Of a DNA stretch of 64,000 nt, positions 48,833 through 59,658 are shown piece after piece. This DNA is from Methanocaldococcus sp. 16A (GTDB taxonomy: Archaea > AGJL01 > Methanococci > Methanococcales > Methanocaldococcaceae). The stretch lies in assembly GCA_049860595.1 (NCBI GenBank), contig CP187551.1; one strand, 5' to 3'. A program made the translations under genes and the position numbers. Every line of letters begins with the position of its first letter. The first letter of the stretch is position 1. The notes beneath the pieces are model-generated. The model had not been told where the DNA came from and ran no database searches. It was given only the letters and a program-made list of their open reading frames with translations.

Positions 48833-49612
48833 ATGATTATTACTATCGCTTCTGGTAAAGGTGGGGTAGGAAAAACCACTACTTCAGCATCTTTGGCTGT
48901 AGCTCTCTCTAAATTAGGAAAAAAAGTTTTAGCTGTTGATGGAGACATTTCAATGGCTAATTTAGGAATTCTATTTAATATGGAAAAGAAAAAACCCTCC
49001 TTACATGAGGTTTTAAGTGGAGAAGCTGAGATTAAAGATGCAATTTATAAACACAAAACAGGGGTTTATGTATTGCCAACAAGTTTATCCTTAGAGGGTT
49101 ATAAAAAATCTGATATTGATTTGCTCCCAGATGTTATTAATGAGGTAGCCGACGATTTTGATTATGTAATTATAGATGCACCAGCAGGGTTAAATAGAGA
49201 AATGGCTACACATCTTGCTGTTGCTGATAAGCTTTTACTTGTTGTTACCCCAGAGATGTTCTCAATTATTGATGCTGTTAGATTAAAAGAAAGTGCTGAA
49301 ATGGCTGGAACACCTTTAATGGGAGTCGTATTAAATAGAGTTGGTAGAGATTTTGGGGAAATGAGAAAGGATGAAATAGAGATGCTAATAAAAGGTAAAG
49401 TTTTAGTTGAAGTTCCAGAAGATGAAAGTGTTAGAGCAGGAGCATTAAAAAAGATGAGCGTTATTGAATATAAGCCAAACTCTCCAGCTTCTCATGCGTA
49501 TATGAAATTGGCTTCGATAATAGCAGGAGTTCCTATTTATGTTGAAGAAGGAATTAAAACAATAAGGAGAGAAAGCTTTATAGATAAAATTAAAAGATTG
49601 TTAAGGTTATAA
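48833..49612 (+). CDS. minD: MinD-family ATPase
   Basis: SGKGGVGKTT, VDGD, IIDAPAG, VLNR. Confidence 0.92.
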   Translation: MIITIASGKGGVGKTTTSASLAVALSKLGKKVLAVDGDISMANLGILFNMEKKKPSLHEVLSGEAEIKDAIYKHKTGVYVLPTSLSLEGYKKSDIDLLPDVINEVADDFDYVIIDAPAGLNREMATHLAVADKLLLVVTPEMFSIIDAVRLKESAEMAGTPLMGVVLNRVGRDFGEMRKDEIEMLIKGKVLVEVPEDESVRAGALKKMSVIEYKPNSPASHAYMKLASIIAGVPIYVEEGIKTIRRESFIDKIKRLLRL

Positions 49613-49614
49613 TA

Positions 49615-50664
49615 TTAATTATTATCATTTTCCAAATAAACCGTATATGTAGGAAATGCCATTTCAATCCCTTCTTTTTCAAATTCTTCTTTTATTTTTA
49701 AGTTTATTTCATCAACTGCATTTAAATAATAATCAAAACCCATGTTTCTAACAAAGTATTCAACTCTTAAATTTAAACTCCAATCTCCATATTCATTAAA
49801 ATGAACCCTATATGGAGGAAGAGTAGCAGGATGATTCTCAACAATTTCTTTTATTATCTCCTTGGCTTTTTTAATTTTCTCAACTGGTGTATCATAGGTT
49901 AATCCTATAGTTGTTAAAACTCTCCTCCTATCTCTAACTGTTAAATTTTCAATAGCTGAATTTAGCAGTTCTGAATTTGGAATTGTTATTAAAGTATGGT
50001 CAAATGTTCTAATCCTTACACTTCTTATCCCAATTTCTTCAACAATTCCCTCAACGTCTCCAACCTTAACCCAATGTCCTAATCTGAATGGTCTATCGAT
50101 TAATATTAAAATCCCAGCAATGAAGTTTTTTATTGTATCTTGCATAGCTAATGCTACAGCCAAACCTCCAACTCCTAAACCAGCCAATAAAGCAGTGATA
50201 TCATAACCAACAGAACTTAGAGCTGTTAATACCCCAAGAACTATGGTTATTATTTTTACAACTTTATTTAATGGCTTTATTATATGTTCATCAAGCTCTG
50301 TTTCTGTTTTTTCAGTTAATGGGATTAAATAATGCTCAAATATTCCATCTATAAACTTAACTGCAAAATATGTGGCTGAAAGAATAACAACCACTTTTAT
50401 ACTTTCATCTATTAATTTAAATATGTAATCTGGTAGAATTAGAAACTTCAGACCAAAATAAAAGAACGCTGTTACTACTATTACAATAACTGGCAAATCT
50501 ATGGCCTCTAATAGAATATCGTCAAGTTTTGTTTTTGTTTTATTTATAATTTTTTTAAGATAATTTTTTACTATTTTATCAACAATTCTTCCAATAAAAA
50601 CACCTAACAAGACAATTCCAATAAATATAATTATATCGTAAATAGTGTTTCCAAAAATCTCCAT
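49615..50664 (-). CDS. mscS: MscS-family mechanosensitive channel
   Basis: Multiple TMs, LAGLGVGGLAVALAMQD, PFRLGHWV, IPNS, GIEMAFPT. Confidence 0.93.
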   Translation of the reverse strand: MEIFGNTIYDIIIFIGIVLLGVFIGRIVDKIVKNYLKKIINKTKTKLDDILLEAIDLPVIVIVVTAFFYFGLKFLILPDYIFKLIDESIKVVVILSATYFAVKFIDGIFEHYLIPLTEKTETELDEHIIKPLNKVVKIITIVLGVLTALSSVGYDITALLAGLGVGGLAVALAMQDTIKNFIAGILILIDRPFRLGHWVKVGDVEGIVEEIGIRSVRIRTFDHTLITIPNSELLNSAIENLTVRDRRRVLTTIGLTYDTPVEKIKKAKEIIKEIVENHPATLPPYRVHFNEYGDWSLNLRVEYFVRNMGFDYYLNAVDEINLKIKEEFEKEGIEMAFPTYTVYLENDNN

Positions 50665-50689
50665 TTTTGTTTCACCTCTATCTAAATAA

Positions 50690-50798
50690 TTAGGACCTTC
50701 GCAGGTATAAATATTAATATACAATTAATATACAATAGATTTAATGCCTGTTGGTATCATATTTTCCTTAATAAATATACAAAGTGCGAAAGTCCTAA
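50690..50798. repeat. Family-A palindromic element
   Basis: TTAGGACCTTCGCA...TGCGAAAGTCCTAA. Confidence 0.8.
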
Positions 50799-50804
50799 TA
50801 ATAT

Positions 50805-52526
50805 TTATTTCCTACCTCTTTGAATTTCATATATTCTTTCTACATCTTCTATGGTGTTTATATCCTCTTTTCCTTTATCAAATCTAAACCTCACAACCCT
50901 TGGGAATCTCAAAGCATAGCCGCAAGGATATTTATCAGATTTTTGTATCTCTTCATAAGCAACTTCAATAACTATTTTTGGTTCAACCTCAACCTCATCT
51001 CCTAAATCTCTAATTATTATTTTATCAATCTCCTCCTTCAACATTTCTAAATCACTCTCAGTTAATCCAGTCCCTACATGCCCTACTGGGTAGAGATTGC
51101 CTTCTTCATCCCTAACACAAATCTCAAATGAACCATACCAATCTTTCCTCTTCCCCATACCTCTTTTTGCCTTTGTAATTACAACATCTAAACTCTCAAG
51201 AGTTGGTTTAAATTTATACATAGTTCTAACTCTACTTCCTGGAGTGTAATGGGCTTTTAAGTTTTTAATCATAACTCCCTCATGTCCTATGGAGAGAGAC
51301 CAATTGTAAAACTCTTTTGCTTCTTTTGCATCATTTGTAACCAATTTATAGGATATATCAATTACTTTATCTGATTTAAGCTCTTTCTCTATCCTTTCCT
51401 TTTCAGTCCTCCAATCATTCTCATATCCTACAATATCCTCTAAAACTTTCCTTCTCTTCTCAAATTCTTCGTCTATAAATGATACTCCATCTTTATAAAG
51501 AATATCAAATAAATAAACTCTCAAATTTATTTCTTTCATCATCTTTCCAATATCATACTTCCTCCTAAACCTTCTAAGTATATCTTGGAAAGGTCTTGGT
51601 TTTCCTGTCTCTTTATCAATAGCTACACACTCACCCTCAACAATTAACTTATCCACATCAATTTTTTTAACTGCTTCAACAATCTCAGGCAATGCATTTG
51701 TGACATCCTCCAATCTTCTGCTGTATATTCTAACTTTATTTCCATCTTTGTGGATTTGCACTCTTGCTCCATCATATTTGGTTTCAAATTGGGCTTTACC
51801 CATATCCAATAATGCCTCTTCAATTGAAGGAGTAAGCTGAGCTAACATTGGTTTTATTGGTCTAAATAATTTTAATTTTAACTCATCACTTTCCAAATCT
51901 CCTATCAATAATTTTTCAGCTAAAAGTCCAATGTCGTTGGTTATAGCGTATATCTTCTCCAACTTTTCCTTTGGAACATTGAAGTATAAGGATAAAGCGT
52001 CTAATATCGTTGGGACGTTCATCCCTATTCTCATATCCTCTAAGATTAATCTTGCTAAATATCTACATTCAATTGGTGAGGCTCTAAGGAATAAACTACT
52101 TATTAACCTCAACTTTTTCTTTTGAGAACCCTCCCCTTCAATCTCTCCTACTCTCTTTAAGGTTTCATAAACTTCATCAACTGTTAATGGTTGAAAAAAT
52201 AAAGATACTTGTTTAATTTTTAATTTTAATTGCTCTATGGCTAACCCTATATCTCCCGTCTCTTTAATTTTTTCTAATAGCTCATCTTTATTAATGCCTA
52301 TAGAAATAACAGCATTTATTAAAAGTTTTTCTCCAATTCCTAATTCTCTCTCATCATATTCTGGATAAACTCTCCCTATAGCCATATAACAAATCTTTTT
52401 TAAATCCTCTGGCTTACCTTTCTCTTTAACCATTTCTATTAATTTTATAAAGTAATCCCTTTTTTCCAATCTCTTCGTAGTTTTCTCAATTTTGTTAAAT
52501 ATTTCACAAACTTCTTTCCAAAACAT
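50805..52526 (-). CDS. lig: ATP-dependent DNA ligase
   Basis: PMLAQ, ETKYDGARVQIH, EGVMIK, LRFPR. Confidence 0.97.
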   Translation of the reverse strand: MFWKEVCEIFNKIEKTTKRLEKRDYFIKLIEMVKEKGKPEDLKKICYMAIGRVYPEYDERELGIGEKLLINAVISIGINKDELLEKIKETGDIGLAIEQLKLKIKQVSLFFQPLTVDEVYETLKRVGEIEGEGSQKKKLRLISSLFLRASPIECRYLARLILEDMRIGMNVPTILDALSLYFNVPKEKLEKIYAITNDIGLLAEKLLIGDLESDELKLKLFRPIKPMLAQLTPSIEEALLDMGKAQFETKYDGARVQIHKDGNKVRIYSRRLEDVTNALPEIVEAVKKIDVDKLIVEGECVAIDKETGKPRPFQDILRRFRRKYDIGKMMKEINLRVYLFDILYKDGVSFIDEEFEKRRKVLEDIVGYENDWRTEKERIEKELKSDKVIDISYKLVTNDAKEAKEFYNWSLSIGHEGVMIKNLKAHYTPGSRVRTMYKFKPTLESLDVVITKAKRGMGKRKDWYGSFEICVRDEEGNLYPVGHVGTGLTESDLEMLKEEIDKIIIRDLGDEVEVEPKIVIEVAYEEIQKSDKYPCGYALRFPRVVRFRFDKGKEDINTIEDVERIYEIQRGRK

Positions 52527-52638
52527 TGTTTCACCATAAATTAGTTAAAAATTATTATTTCTGTTTTTAGATTAAGTACAAAAACTTAACTGGATAGATT
52601 GTTATGAGCATAATATCTATGACCATATAAAGTTGAGA

Positions 52639-52754
52639 TTATAGTTGTGTGCAAAATAAAATAAACTTTAAAAAGGAAAATTTAAATGCCTTCCAAAAGG
52701 AAGGCATTCACTAATGCCTTATTTTAATTAAGATACTTTTGCACACAACTATAA
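52639..52754. repeat. Family-B palindromic element (best-preserved copy)
   Basis: Perfect 18-bp TIR TTATAGTTGTGTGCAAAA / TTTTGCACACAACTATAA; internal AATGCCTTCC-AAAA-GGAAGGCATT. Confidence 0.88.
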
Positions 52755-52879
52755 AAATGAAGGATTTGACAACTTTTTAAATGCTGTTAATAATATTATA
52801 TAAAAATAGGGATTATAAAGAAGATTTCGTATTCCAACTTATACAATTCAAATTACCCACAAATCAGAAAAAGCCTGAA

Positions 52880-53527
52880 TTAATCATCAAACCCTTCTTT
52901 ACCGATTAATGGAACAAAAGCTACAGGTCCACAATCTTTTATTATTATATCATCTCCTCTCTTTTCAGCTAAAACTAATTTTTGCATGTATCTACCAACA
53001 GGCATTAGTAATTTTCCGCCATCTTTTAGCTGTTTTAATAAAGGCTCTGGAATCTTCGGTCCAGCAGCAGTTGCATATATTCTATCGTAAGGAGCTAATG
53101 GTTCATAACCTAAACTTCCGTCCCCCACTATTACAATAACATTATCATAACCCAATTTTCTTAAAGTTTTCTCTGCTCTCTCAGCCAATTCTGGAATTCT
53201 TTCAATACTAATAACTAAACCATCCTCTCCAACAATTTCAGCAGTTACAGCTGCATGATATCCACAACCAGTTCCAATTTCTAAAACTTTCATTCCTGGC
53301 TTTAAATCTAAAAGCTCACACATCATTCCAACCATATGGATAGCGGAAATTGTTTGTCCATAACCAATATCTAATGGAGTATCTACATAAGCATATTCCT
53401 TCAAATGTTCAGGAACAAACTCTTCCCTTGGGACTTTTAATAAGGCATCAATAACCCTTTTACTTTTTATATACCCCTCCCTAATTAATTTTTCAATCAC
53501 TGATTTCTTTTGTTCTTCTAAGTTCAT
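52880..53527 (-). CDS. pcm: Protein-L-isoaspartate O-methyltransferase
   Basis: [32 protein letters not shown]. Confidence 0.96.
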   Translation of the reverse strand: MNLEEQKKSVIEKLIREGYIKSKRVIDALLKVPREEFVPEHLKEYAYVDTPLDIGYGQTISAIHMVGMMCELLDLKPGMKVLEIGTGCGYHAAVTAEIVGEDGLVISIERIPELAERAEKTLRKLGYDNVIVIVGDGSLGYEPLAPYDRIYATAAGPKIPEPLLKQLKDGGKLLMPVGRYMQKLVLAEKRGDDIIIKDCGPVAFVPLIGKEGFDD

Positions 53528-53595
53528 GATTTCACCAAATAGAATTTATATTAAAGAATATATATAAAGTTAATTATAGAAAATTACATAGAAGC

Positions 53596-53705
53596 TATAG
53601 TTTTGTGCAAAATAAATTAAACTTTATATGAAAAATTTGAACGCCTACCAAAGGAAGATGTTCATTAATGCCTTATTCATTCTAATACTTTTATACAAAA
53701 CTATA
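53596..53705. repeat. Family-B palindromic element
   Basis: TATAGTTTTGTGCAAAA...TTTTATACAAAACTATA. Confidence 0.8.
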
Positions 53706-53718
53706 AATGGTGTTGAAT

Positions 53719-54132
53719 ATGGTTGAAGAATCATTCTTAACAGATACCCAAATTAAAGTTTTAAAATTAAGAAAAAAGGGACTAACACAGGAAGAAATAG
53801 CAAAGATATTTGGAACTAGCAGAGCTAATATCAGTATGATTGAAAAGAGGGCAAAAGAAAATATAAAAAAGGCATATAATACAATAAAAATTTATAATAG
53901 AATAATGGCTCCTCTATCTATTGAAATTGAAGAAGGTACAGATGTTTTAGATATTCCAAATATCGTATTTAAAAAAGCTGATGAAGAAGATATAAAAGTA
54001 AAATACAACACTTTAGAGCTTATAGAATTTATAAAAGAAAATGCTTCAGAATTTATAGAAAAAAGAACAGTTAAAAAGAAATTTAAAATATACATTCTTG
54101 AAAATGGGAACTTAGATGTTGGAGGGAGCTAA
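53719..54132 (+). CDS. Tfx-family DNA-binding protein
   Basis: SFLTDTQIKVL.LRKKGLTQEEIA..GTSRANISMIEKRA. Confidence 0.85.
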   Translation: MVEESFLTDTQIKVLKLRKKGLTQEEIAKIFGTSRANISMIEKRAKENIKKAYNTIKIYNRIMAPLSIEIEEGTDVLDIPNIVFKKADEEDIKVKYNTLELIEFIKENASEFIEKRTVKKKFKIYILENGNLDVGGS

Positions 54133-55176
54133 ATGAAAATCATAGAAGAAATCCCACAAAAAAATATTATTAAGCTTATGCCTGAAAATTTGGATGATTT
54201 ATGGGTTTTGTATAACATTATTGAAGAAGGAGATAAAGTATTTGCAGTTACTGAAAGGAGAGTTCAAGATAAAGGAGATGTTATTAGGGCAGATAGAGGA
54301 GCTAAGAGAAAAATGTTTTTAGGAATAGAGGTAAAAAATGTAGAATTTGATGAAAACACAAAAAGAGTTAGAATTTTAGGGACTATAATTCATGGACCAG
54401 ACGATGTTCCTCTAGGCAGTCATCACACAATTGAAATCAAACCATTTGATGAGCTTTCAATTGAAAAAAAATGGAAAAAATGGCAGATAGAGAGAATAAA
54501 AGAGGCTATTGAATCATCTAAGAGACCAAAGGTTTTAGTTGTAGTTATGGATGATGAAGAGGCTGATATTTTTGAGGTTAGAGATTACAGCATAAAAGAA
54601 ATTTGCTCAATAAAATCTCACACTTCAAAAAAATTAGATTATAAAATTAATGAAGAATTAAAAAAGGAGTATTATCATGAGATAGCTAAAGTTTTATCAG
54701 AGTATGAGGTTGATAATATTTTAGTCGCAGGCCCTGGCTTTGCAAAAAATAGCTTTTACAATTTTATCTCTTCCCAATATCCTGAACTTAAAAATAAGAT
54801 TGTAGTTGAAAGTATATCAACCACCTCAAGAGCTGGATTAAATGAAGTTATTAAAAGAGGAATTATTAATAGAATATATGCTGAGTCAAGAGTCGCAAAA
54901 GAAACACAATTAATCGAAAAACTGTTAGAAGAGATTGCTAAAAAGGGATTGGCTGTTTATGGCATTGATGAAGTTAAAAAAGCCTTAGAATACTCAGCTA
55001 TAGATACATTATTAGTTTCAGATAGCATCGTAAGAAATTATGAGATAGAAAAAATAATAGATACTACAGAAGAGATGGGTGGGAAAGTAGTTATCGTTTC
55101 TTCTGAACATGATGCTGGAAAGCAATTAAAAGCATTAGGAGGAATAGCTGGATTATTGAGATTTCCTATTGAATAG
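54133..55176 (+). CDS. pelA: Pelota (ribosome rescue factor)
   Basis: PENLDDLW, GSHHT, AGPGF, GKQLKALGGIAGLLRF. Confidence 0.95.
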   Translation: MKIIEEIPQKNIIKLMPENLDDLWVLYNIIEEGDKVFAVTERRVQDKGDVIRADRGAKRKMFLGIEVKNVEFDENTKRVRILGTIIHGPDDVPLGSHHTIEIKPFDELSIEKKWKKWQIERIKEAIESSKRPKVLVVVMDDEEADIFEVRDYSIKEICSIKSHTSKKLDYKINEELKKEYYHEIAKVLSEYEVDNILVAGPGFAKNSFYNFISSQYPELKNKIVVESISTTSRAGLNEVIKRGIINRIYAESRVAKETQLIEKLLEEIAKKGLAVYGIDEVKKALEYSAIDTLLVSDSIVRNYEIEKIIDTTEEMGGKVVIVSSEHDAGKQLKALGGIAGLLRFPIE

Positions 55177-55779
55177 CTACTCCTGAACTCTTTTTAAAAG
55201 CTCTCTAAGTTTAAGATTTTCACTAAATGTAACAATATCTCCATGGGTTTTTTCTAAGATTCCTCTGCAGATATCTTGCTTTCTTCTTAAATTATCCACT
55301 ACATGGTAATAATCAAAGTTCATTAAAAATTCATATAAATCTTCCATGAATTTGAAATATCTCTCAACCTCTGCTAAATTATCGTTTTTCATTGCCTCTA
55401 ATACCTCTCTCCTCAACTCTCCAATAACATCAGCCAATCCTAAAATGTAGTTCTCCTCTCTAATAAAATCAAGCTCTTTGAAACTAGGTATTTTATTATC
55501 AAATTTTATCATATATAAGGTGAGTGCTTCAACAAATTCTTGTTGAGGTGTTGATAGATAATTAACAAACTCTGGAAATGTTGCTAAACTATTTAGCTTT
55601 TTAATTTTTTCTGATATTTCATTTAATTTGTCTTTAAATTCATCTTTATCATATGATTTGTGGATTTTTCTAATTAACATTGCACAATCTCTTGTTATTT
55701 CTCTTGATAATTTTAAAATTTCTTCTCTAACACTATCTTTATTTGCAAGGTAGTTTATTAAATAATCTAGCTCGTCCAT
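55177..55779 (-). CDS. Translin/Trax-family protein
   Basis: REEILKLSREI, QEFVEA, YILGLADVIGELRR, LRRKQD. Confidence 0.88.
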   Translation of the reverse strand: MDELDYLINYLANKDSVREEILKLSREITRDCAMLIRKIHKSYDKDEFKDKLNEISEKIKKLNSLATFPEFVNYLSTPQQEFVEALTLYMIKFDNKIPSFKELDFIREENYILGLADVIGELRREVLEAMKNDNLAEVERYFKFMEDLYEFLMNFDYYHVVDNLRRKQDICRGILEKTHGDIVTFSENLKLRELLKRVQE

Positions 55780-55878
55780 AATATCACCAAAAATTTTATA
55801 TACCTATTTGTTAGTATTTGTTTATACACTCCTTTTCTTTTATTACACTAATCCATTATTAATTTATACCTCAATGAT

Positions 55879-55971
55879 GTAGGACTTTCGCAGGAATAAA
55901 TTTCTTATGGTAAATTGATTCCTTTAGGCATCTAAGTTCCTTAATGAATATATAAACTGCGAAAGTCCTAC
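55879..55971. repeat. Family-A palindromic element upstream of rpl3
   Basis: Perfect TIR GTAGGACTTTCGCAG / CTGCGAAAGTCCTAC. Confidence 0.87.
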
Positions 55972-55973
55972 AA

Positions 55974-56015
55974 TGCAAACCTGAAAAGCCCAGATAGGGC
56001 AATGACAGGTTTGCA
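55974..56015 (+). promoter_or_regulatory. Structured leader hairpin ahead of the rpl3 operon
   Basis: TGCAAACCTG-AAAA-GCCC-AGATA-GGGC-AATGA-CAGGTTTGCA. Confidence 0.55.
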
Positions 56016-56100
56016 AAATAAAGCTATTTGGATATTAAATTAAACAAAACACTCAATAAAAAATTTTAAAGATATCAATAAATATGCTGGAGGTTAGATT

Positions 56101-57108
56101 ATGGGGTTAAATATTAACAGACCAAGAAGAGGTTCATTGGCATTTAGTCCAAGAAAAAGAGCAAAAAGACCAGTTCCAAGAATTAGAAGCTGGCCAGAAG
56201 AAGAGACAGTAAGGTTACAGGCATTCCCTGTATATAAAGCAGGAATGAGCCATGCATTTATTAAGGAAGATAATCCAAAAAGTCCAAATGCTGGACAAGA
56301 GATATTTACTCCAATCACAATATTGGAAGCTCCACCAATCAACGTATGTGCTATAAGAGTTTATGGAAAAAATGAGAGAAACTACTTAACAACATTAACA
56401 GAAGTTTGGGCAGACAACTTAGATAAAGAATTAGAAAGAAAAATCAAATTGCCAAAGAAAGAAGATAGAAAGACAATAGAAGATTTAGAAGCATTAAAAG
56501 ATAAAATTGAAGAAGTTAGAGTTTTAGTTCACACAAATCCAAAATTAACATGCCTTCCAAAGAAAAAGCCAGAAATATTAGAAATTAGAATTGGAGGAAA
56601 AGATATTGAAGAAAGATTAAACTACGCTAAAGAGATTTTAGGTAAGCAATTAAACATTACAGATGTCTTCCAAGAAGGAGAGTTAGTTGATACAATTGGA
56701 GTAACAAAAGGTAAAGGATTCCAAGGACAAGTTAAAAGATGGGGAGTTAAGATACAATTTGGTAAGCATGCAAGAAAAGGAGTAGGTAGGCATGTAGGTT
56801 CTATTGGTCCATGGCAACCAAAGATGGTTATGTGGAGTGTTCCAATGCCTGGACAAATGGGATACCACCAAAGAACTGAATACAACAAGAGAATATTAAA
56901 GATTGGAAACAATGGAGAGGAAATTACACCAAAAGGTGGATTCTTACACTATGGTGTTATAAGAAACAACTATGTTGTATTGAAAGGTTCAGTTCAAGGG
57001 CCTGCAAAGAGATTAATTGTATTAAGAAGAGCTATAAGGCCACAGGAACCATTAATCAAAGTATCTGAAATTACATACATAAGTACATCATCAAAGCAAG
57101 GTAAGTAA
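56101..57108 (+). CDS. rpl3: 50S ribosomal protein L3
   Basis: [34 protein letters not shown]. Confidence 0.98.
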   Translation: MGLNINRPRRGSLAFSPRKRAKRPVPRIRSWPEEETVRLQAFPVYKAGMSHAFIKEDNPKSPNAGQEIFTPITILEAPPINVCAIRVYGKNERNYLTTLTEVWADNLDKELERKIKLPKKEDRKTIEDLEALKDKIEEVRVLVHTNPKLTCLPKKKPEILEIRIGGKDIEERLNYAKEILGKQLNITDVFQEGELVDTIGVTKGKGFQGQVKRWGVKIQFGKHARKGVGRHVGSIGPWQPKMVMWSVPMPGQMGYHQRTEYNKRILKIGNNGEEITPKGGFLHYGVIRNNYVVLKGSVQGPAKRLIVLRRAIRPQEPLIKVSEITYISTSSKQGK

Positions 57109-57151
57109 ATAAAAAACACTTTAAAATAATTGAGAGAGAAGGTGGATAATA

Positions 57152-57910
57152 ATGAAGGCAGTTGTTTATAATTTAAATGGAGAGGCAGTTAAAGAAATTG
57201 ACTTACCAGCAGTATTTGAAGAAGAATACAGGCCAGATTTAATTAAAAGAGCATTCTTATCTGCATTTACAGCAAAATTGCAGCCAAAAGGTTCAGACCC
57301 AATGGCTGGGAAGAGAACAAGTGCTAAGAACATTGGTAAAGGTCATGGTAGAGCAAGAGTAGATAGAGTTCCACAAGGATGGGCAGCATTTGTTCCTCAA
57401 GCTGTAGGGGGAAGAAGAGCACACCCTCCAAAAGTTGAAAAAATATTATGGGAAAGAATAAATAAAAAAGAAAGAATTAAAGCAATAAAGAGTGCTATTG
57501 CAGCTACAGCAAACCCTGAATTAGTTAAAGAGAGAGGACATGTCTTTGAAGCAGAAAACTTACCAATAGTTGTTGAAAGCTCATTTGAAGAGTTGCAAAA
57601 AACAAAGGATGTATTTGCAGTATTTGAAAAATTAGGAATTAGTAGTGATGTTATAAGAGCTAAGAATGGAATTAAGATTAGAGCAGGAAAAGGTAAGATG
57701 AGAGGAAGAAGATACAAAAAACCAAGAAGTATTTTAGTTGTCGTTGGAGACAAATGCAATGCTATATTAGCTTCAAGAAACTTACCAGGAGTTGATGTAA
57801 TTACAGCTAAAGATTTAGGGATTATACACTTAGCTCCTGGAGGGGTTGCTGGAAGATTAACAGTATGGACTGAAAGTGCATTAGAGAAATTAAAAGAGAG
57901 ATTTGAATAA
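57152..57910 (+). CDS. rpl4: 50S ribosomal protein L4
   Basis: [37 protein letters not shown]. Confidence 0.98.
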   Translation: MKAVVYNLNGEAVKEIDLPAVFEEEYRPDLIKRAFLSAFTAKLQPKGSDPMAGKRTSAKNIGKGHGRARVDRVPQGWAAFVPQAVGGRRAHPPKVEKILWERINKKERIKAIKSAIAATANPELVKERGHVFEAENLPIVVESSFEELQKTKDVFAVFEKLGISSDVIRAKNGIKIRAGKGKMRGRRYKKPRSILVVVGDKCNAILASRNLPGVDVITAKDLGIIHLAPGGVAGRLTVWTESALEKLKERFE

Positions 57911-57938
57911 ATAAAAAGATAGAAACAAGGGGATAAAA

Positions 57939-58199
57939 ATGGATGCCTTTGATGTAATAAAAATGCCAGTTGTTACAGAAAAAACTGTTAGAATGATTGA
58001 AGAAGAAAACAAATTAGTATTTTATGTTGATAGAAGAGCTACAAAAGAAGATATAAAGAGAGCTATGAAAGAATTATTTGATGTAGAAGTTGAGAAAGTA
58101 AATACATTAATAACTCCAAGAGGGGAAAAGAAAGCTTATGTTAAGTTGAAAGAAGGATATGACGCAAGTAAAATAGCTGCAAGTTTAGGAATCTACTAA
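57939..58199 (+). CDS. rpl23: 50S ribosomal protein L23
   Basis: [27 protein letters not shown]. Confidence 0.97.
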   Translation: MDAFDVIKMPVVTEKTVRMIEEENKLVFYVDRRATKEDIKRAMKELFDVEVEKVNTLITPRGEKKAYVKLKEGYDASKIAASLGIY

Positions 58200-58264
58200 A
58201 TAAATAAATTTTTAAATAAATTGAAACACTATATTGTAAAAATCTATTATAAGTGGTGGTGAAA

Positions 58265-58990
58265 ATGGGAAAAAGATTAATCTCTCAAAGAAGAGGTAGG
58301 GGAACCCCAACCTACACCTGCCCTTCACACAAAAGAAGGGGAGAGGCAAAATACAGAAGATTTGATGAATTAGAGAAAAAAGGAAAAGTTTTAGGTAAAA
58401 TTGTTGATATCTTACACGACCCAGGAAGAAGTGCTCCAGTAGCAAAAGTTGAATACGAAACAGGAGAAGAAGGATTGTTGGTTGTTCCAGAAGGTTTAAA
58501 AGTTGGAGATGTCATTGAGTGTGGTGTTGCTGCTGAAATAAAACCAGGAAATATCTTACCATTGGGAGCTATTCCAGAAGGGATTCCTGTCTTCAACATA
58601 GAAACAGTTCCAGGAGATGGAGGAAAATTAGTTAGAGCTGGAGGTTGCTATGCTCACATATTAACACACGATGGAGACAGAACTTATGTAAAATTACCTT
58701 CTGGACACATTAAAGCTTTACACTCAATGTGTAGAGCTACAATAGGAGTTGTTGCTGGTGGAGGTAGAAAAGAGAAGCCATTCGTTAAGGCTGGTAAGAA
58801 GTATCACGCTATGAAAGCTAAAGCTATTAAGTGGCCAAGAGTTAGAGGAGTTGCAATGAACGCTGTTGACCACCCATTCGGTGGAGGTAGGCATCAACAC
58901 ACTGGTAAACCAACAACTGTTTCAAGAAGAATGCCACCAGGAAGAAAGGTTGGACATATTGCTGCAAGAAGAACTGGAGTCAGAAAATAA
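58265..58990 (+). CDS. rpl2: 50S ribosomal protein L2
   Basis: HDPGRSAP, WPRVRGVAMNAVDHPFGGG. Confidence 0.98.
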   Translation: MGKRLISQRRGRGTPTYTCPSHKRRGEAKYRRFDELEKKGKVLGKIVDILHDPGRSAPVAKVEYETGEEGLLVVPEGLKVGDVIECGVAAEIKPGNILPLGAIPEGIPVFNIETVPGDGGKLVRAGGCYAHILTHDGDRTYVKLPSGHIKALHSMCRATIGVVAGGGRKEKPFVKAGKKYHAMKAKAIKWPRVRGVAMNAVDHPFGGGRHQHTGKPTTVSRRMPPGRKVGHIAARRTGVRK

Positions 58991-59012
58991 TTTCCTCTCT
59001 CAATTTATTAAG

Positions 59013-59089
59013 TTTAGGACTTTCACAGATTATATGACACCTTTAGGTGTCTATATTCAATAAAAATTTATTTCTGCAAAAGTCCTAAA
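59013..59089. repeat. Family-A element between rpl2 and rps19
   Basis: TTTAGGACTTTCACAG...GACACCTTTAGGTGTC...CTGCAAAAGTCCTAAA. Confidence 0.85.
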
Positions 59090-59149
59090 GTTTTAAAATA
59101 AATCATTAAAAACAAAATATATAAACATGATAATTTAAGGTGACTAATT

Positions 59150-59611
59150 ATGGCATCTGCAAAAGCAAGAAGAAGAATTAAAAAGAAAAAACAAGTAATT
59201 TCAAGAAAAGTTGAATTTAGATATAGAGGTTATACGTTAGAAGAGCTCCAGCAAATGCCTTTGAGAGAGTTTGCAAAGTTATTGCCTGCAAGACAAAGAA
59301 GAACTTTATTGAGAGGGTTAACTCCACAACAAAAGAAATTAGCTATGAAAATCAAAAAAGCAAGAAGATTATTAAACAAAGGTAAAGAACCAAGAATTAT
59401 AAGAACACACTGTAGAGATTTCGTTATAACACCAGATATGGTTGGTTTAACATTTGGAGTTTATAACGGAAAAGAGTTTGTTGAAGTTAAAGTAACTCCA
59501 GAAATGATTGGACACTACTTAGGAGAGTTCTCATTAACAAGAAAACCAGTTCAGCACGGTTCACCAGGTATGGGAGCTACAAGAAGCTCAATGTTCGTTC
59601 CAATCAAGTAA
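59150..59611 (+). CDS. rps19: 30S ribosomal protein S19
   Basis: [32 protein letters not shown]. Confidence 0.98.
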   Translation: MASAKARRRIKKKKQVISRKVEFRYRGYTLEELQQMPLREFAKLLPARQRRTLLRGLTPQQKKLAMKIKKARRLLNKGKEPRIIRTHCRDFVITPDMVGLTFGVYNGKEFVEVKVTPEMIGHYLGEFSLTRKPVQHGSPGMGATRSSMFVPIK

Positions 59612-59658
59612 ATTTGGCAGAATTTTTTACTATTTTTTATTTTATTGGAAAAATTATT

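Noticed and set aside
52690-52702. TTCC-AAAA-GGAA in family-B repeats as an NrpR operator
   Set aside because: NrpR operators are GGAA-N6-TTCC; orientation and spacing do not match
55974-56015. Hairpin as an archaeal SECIS element
   Set aside because: The internal loop does not match the GAA/A pattern cleanly and no neighbouring gene has an in-frame UGA
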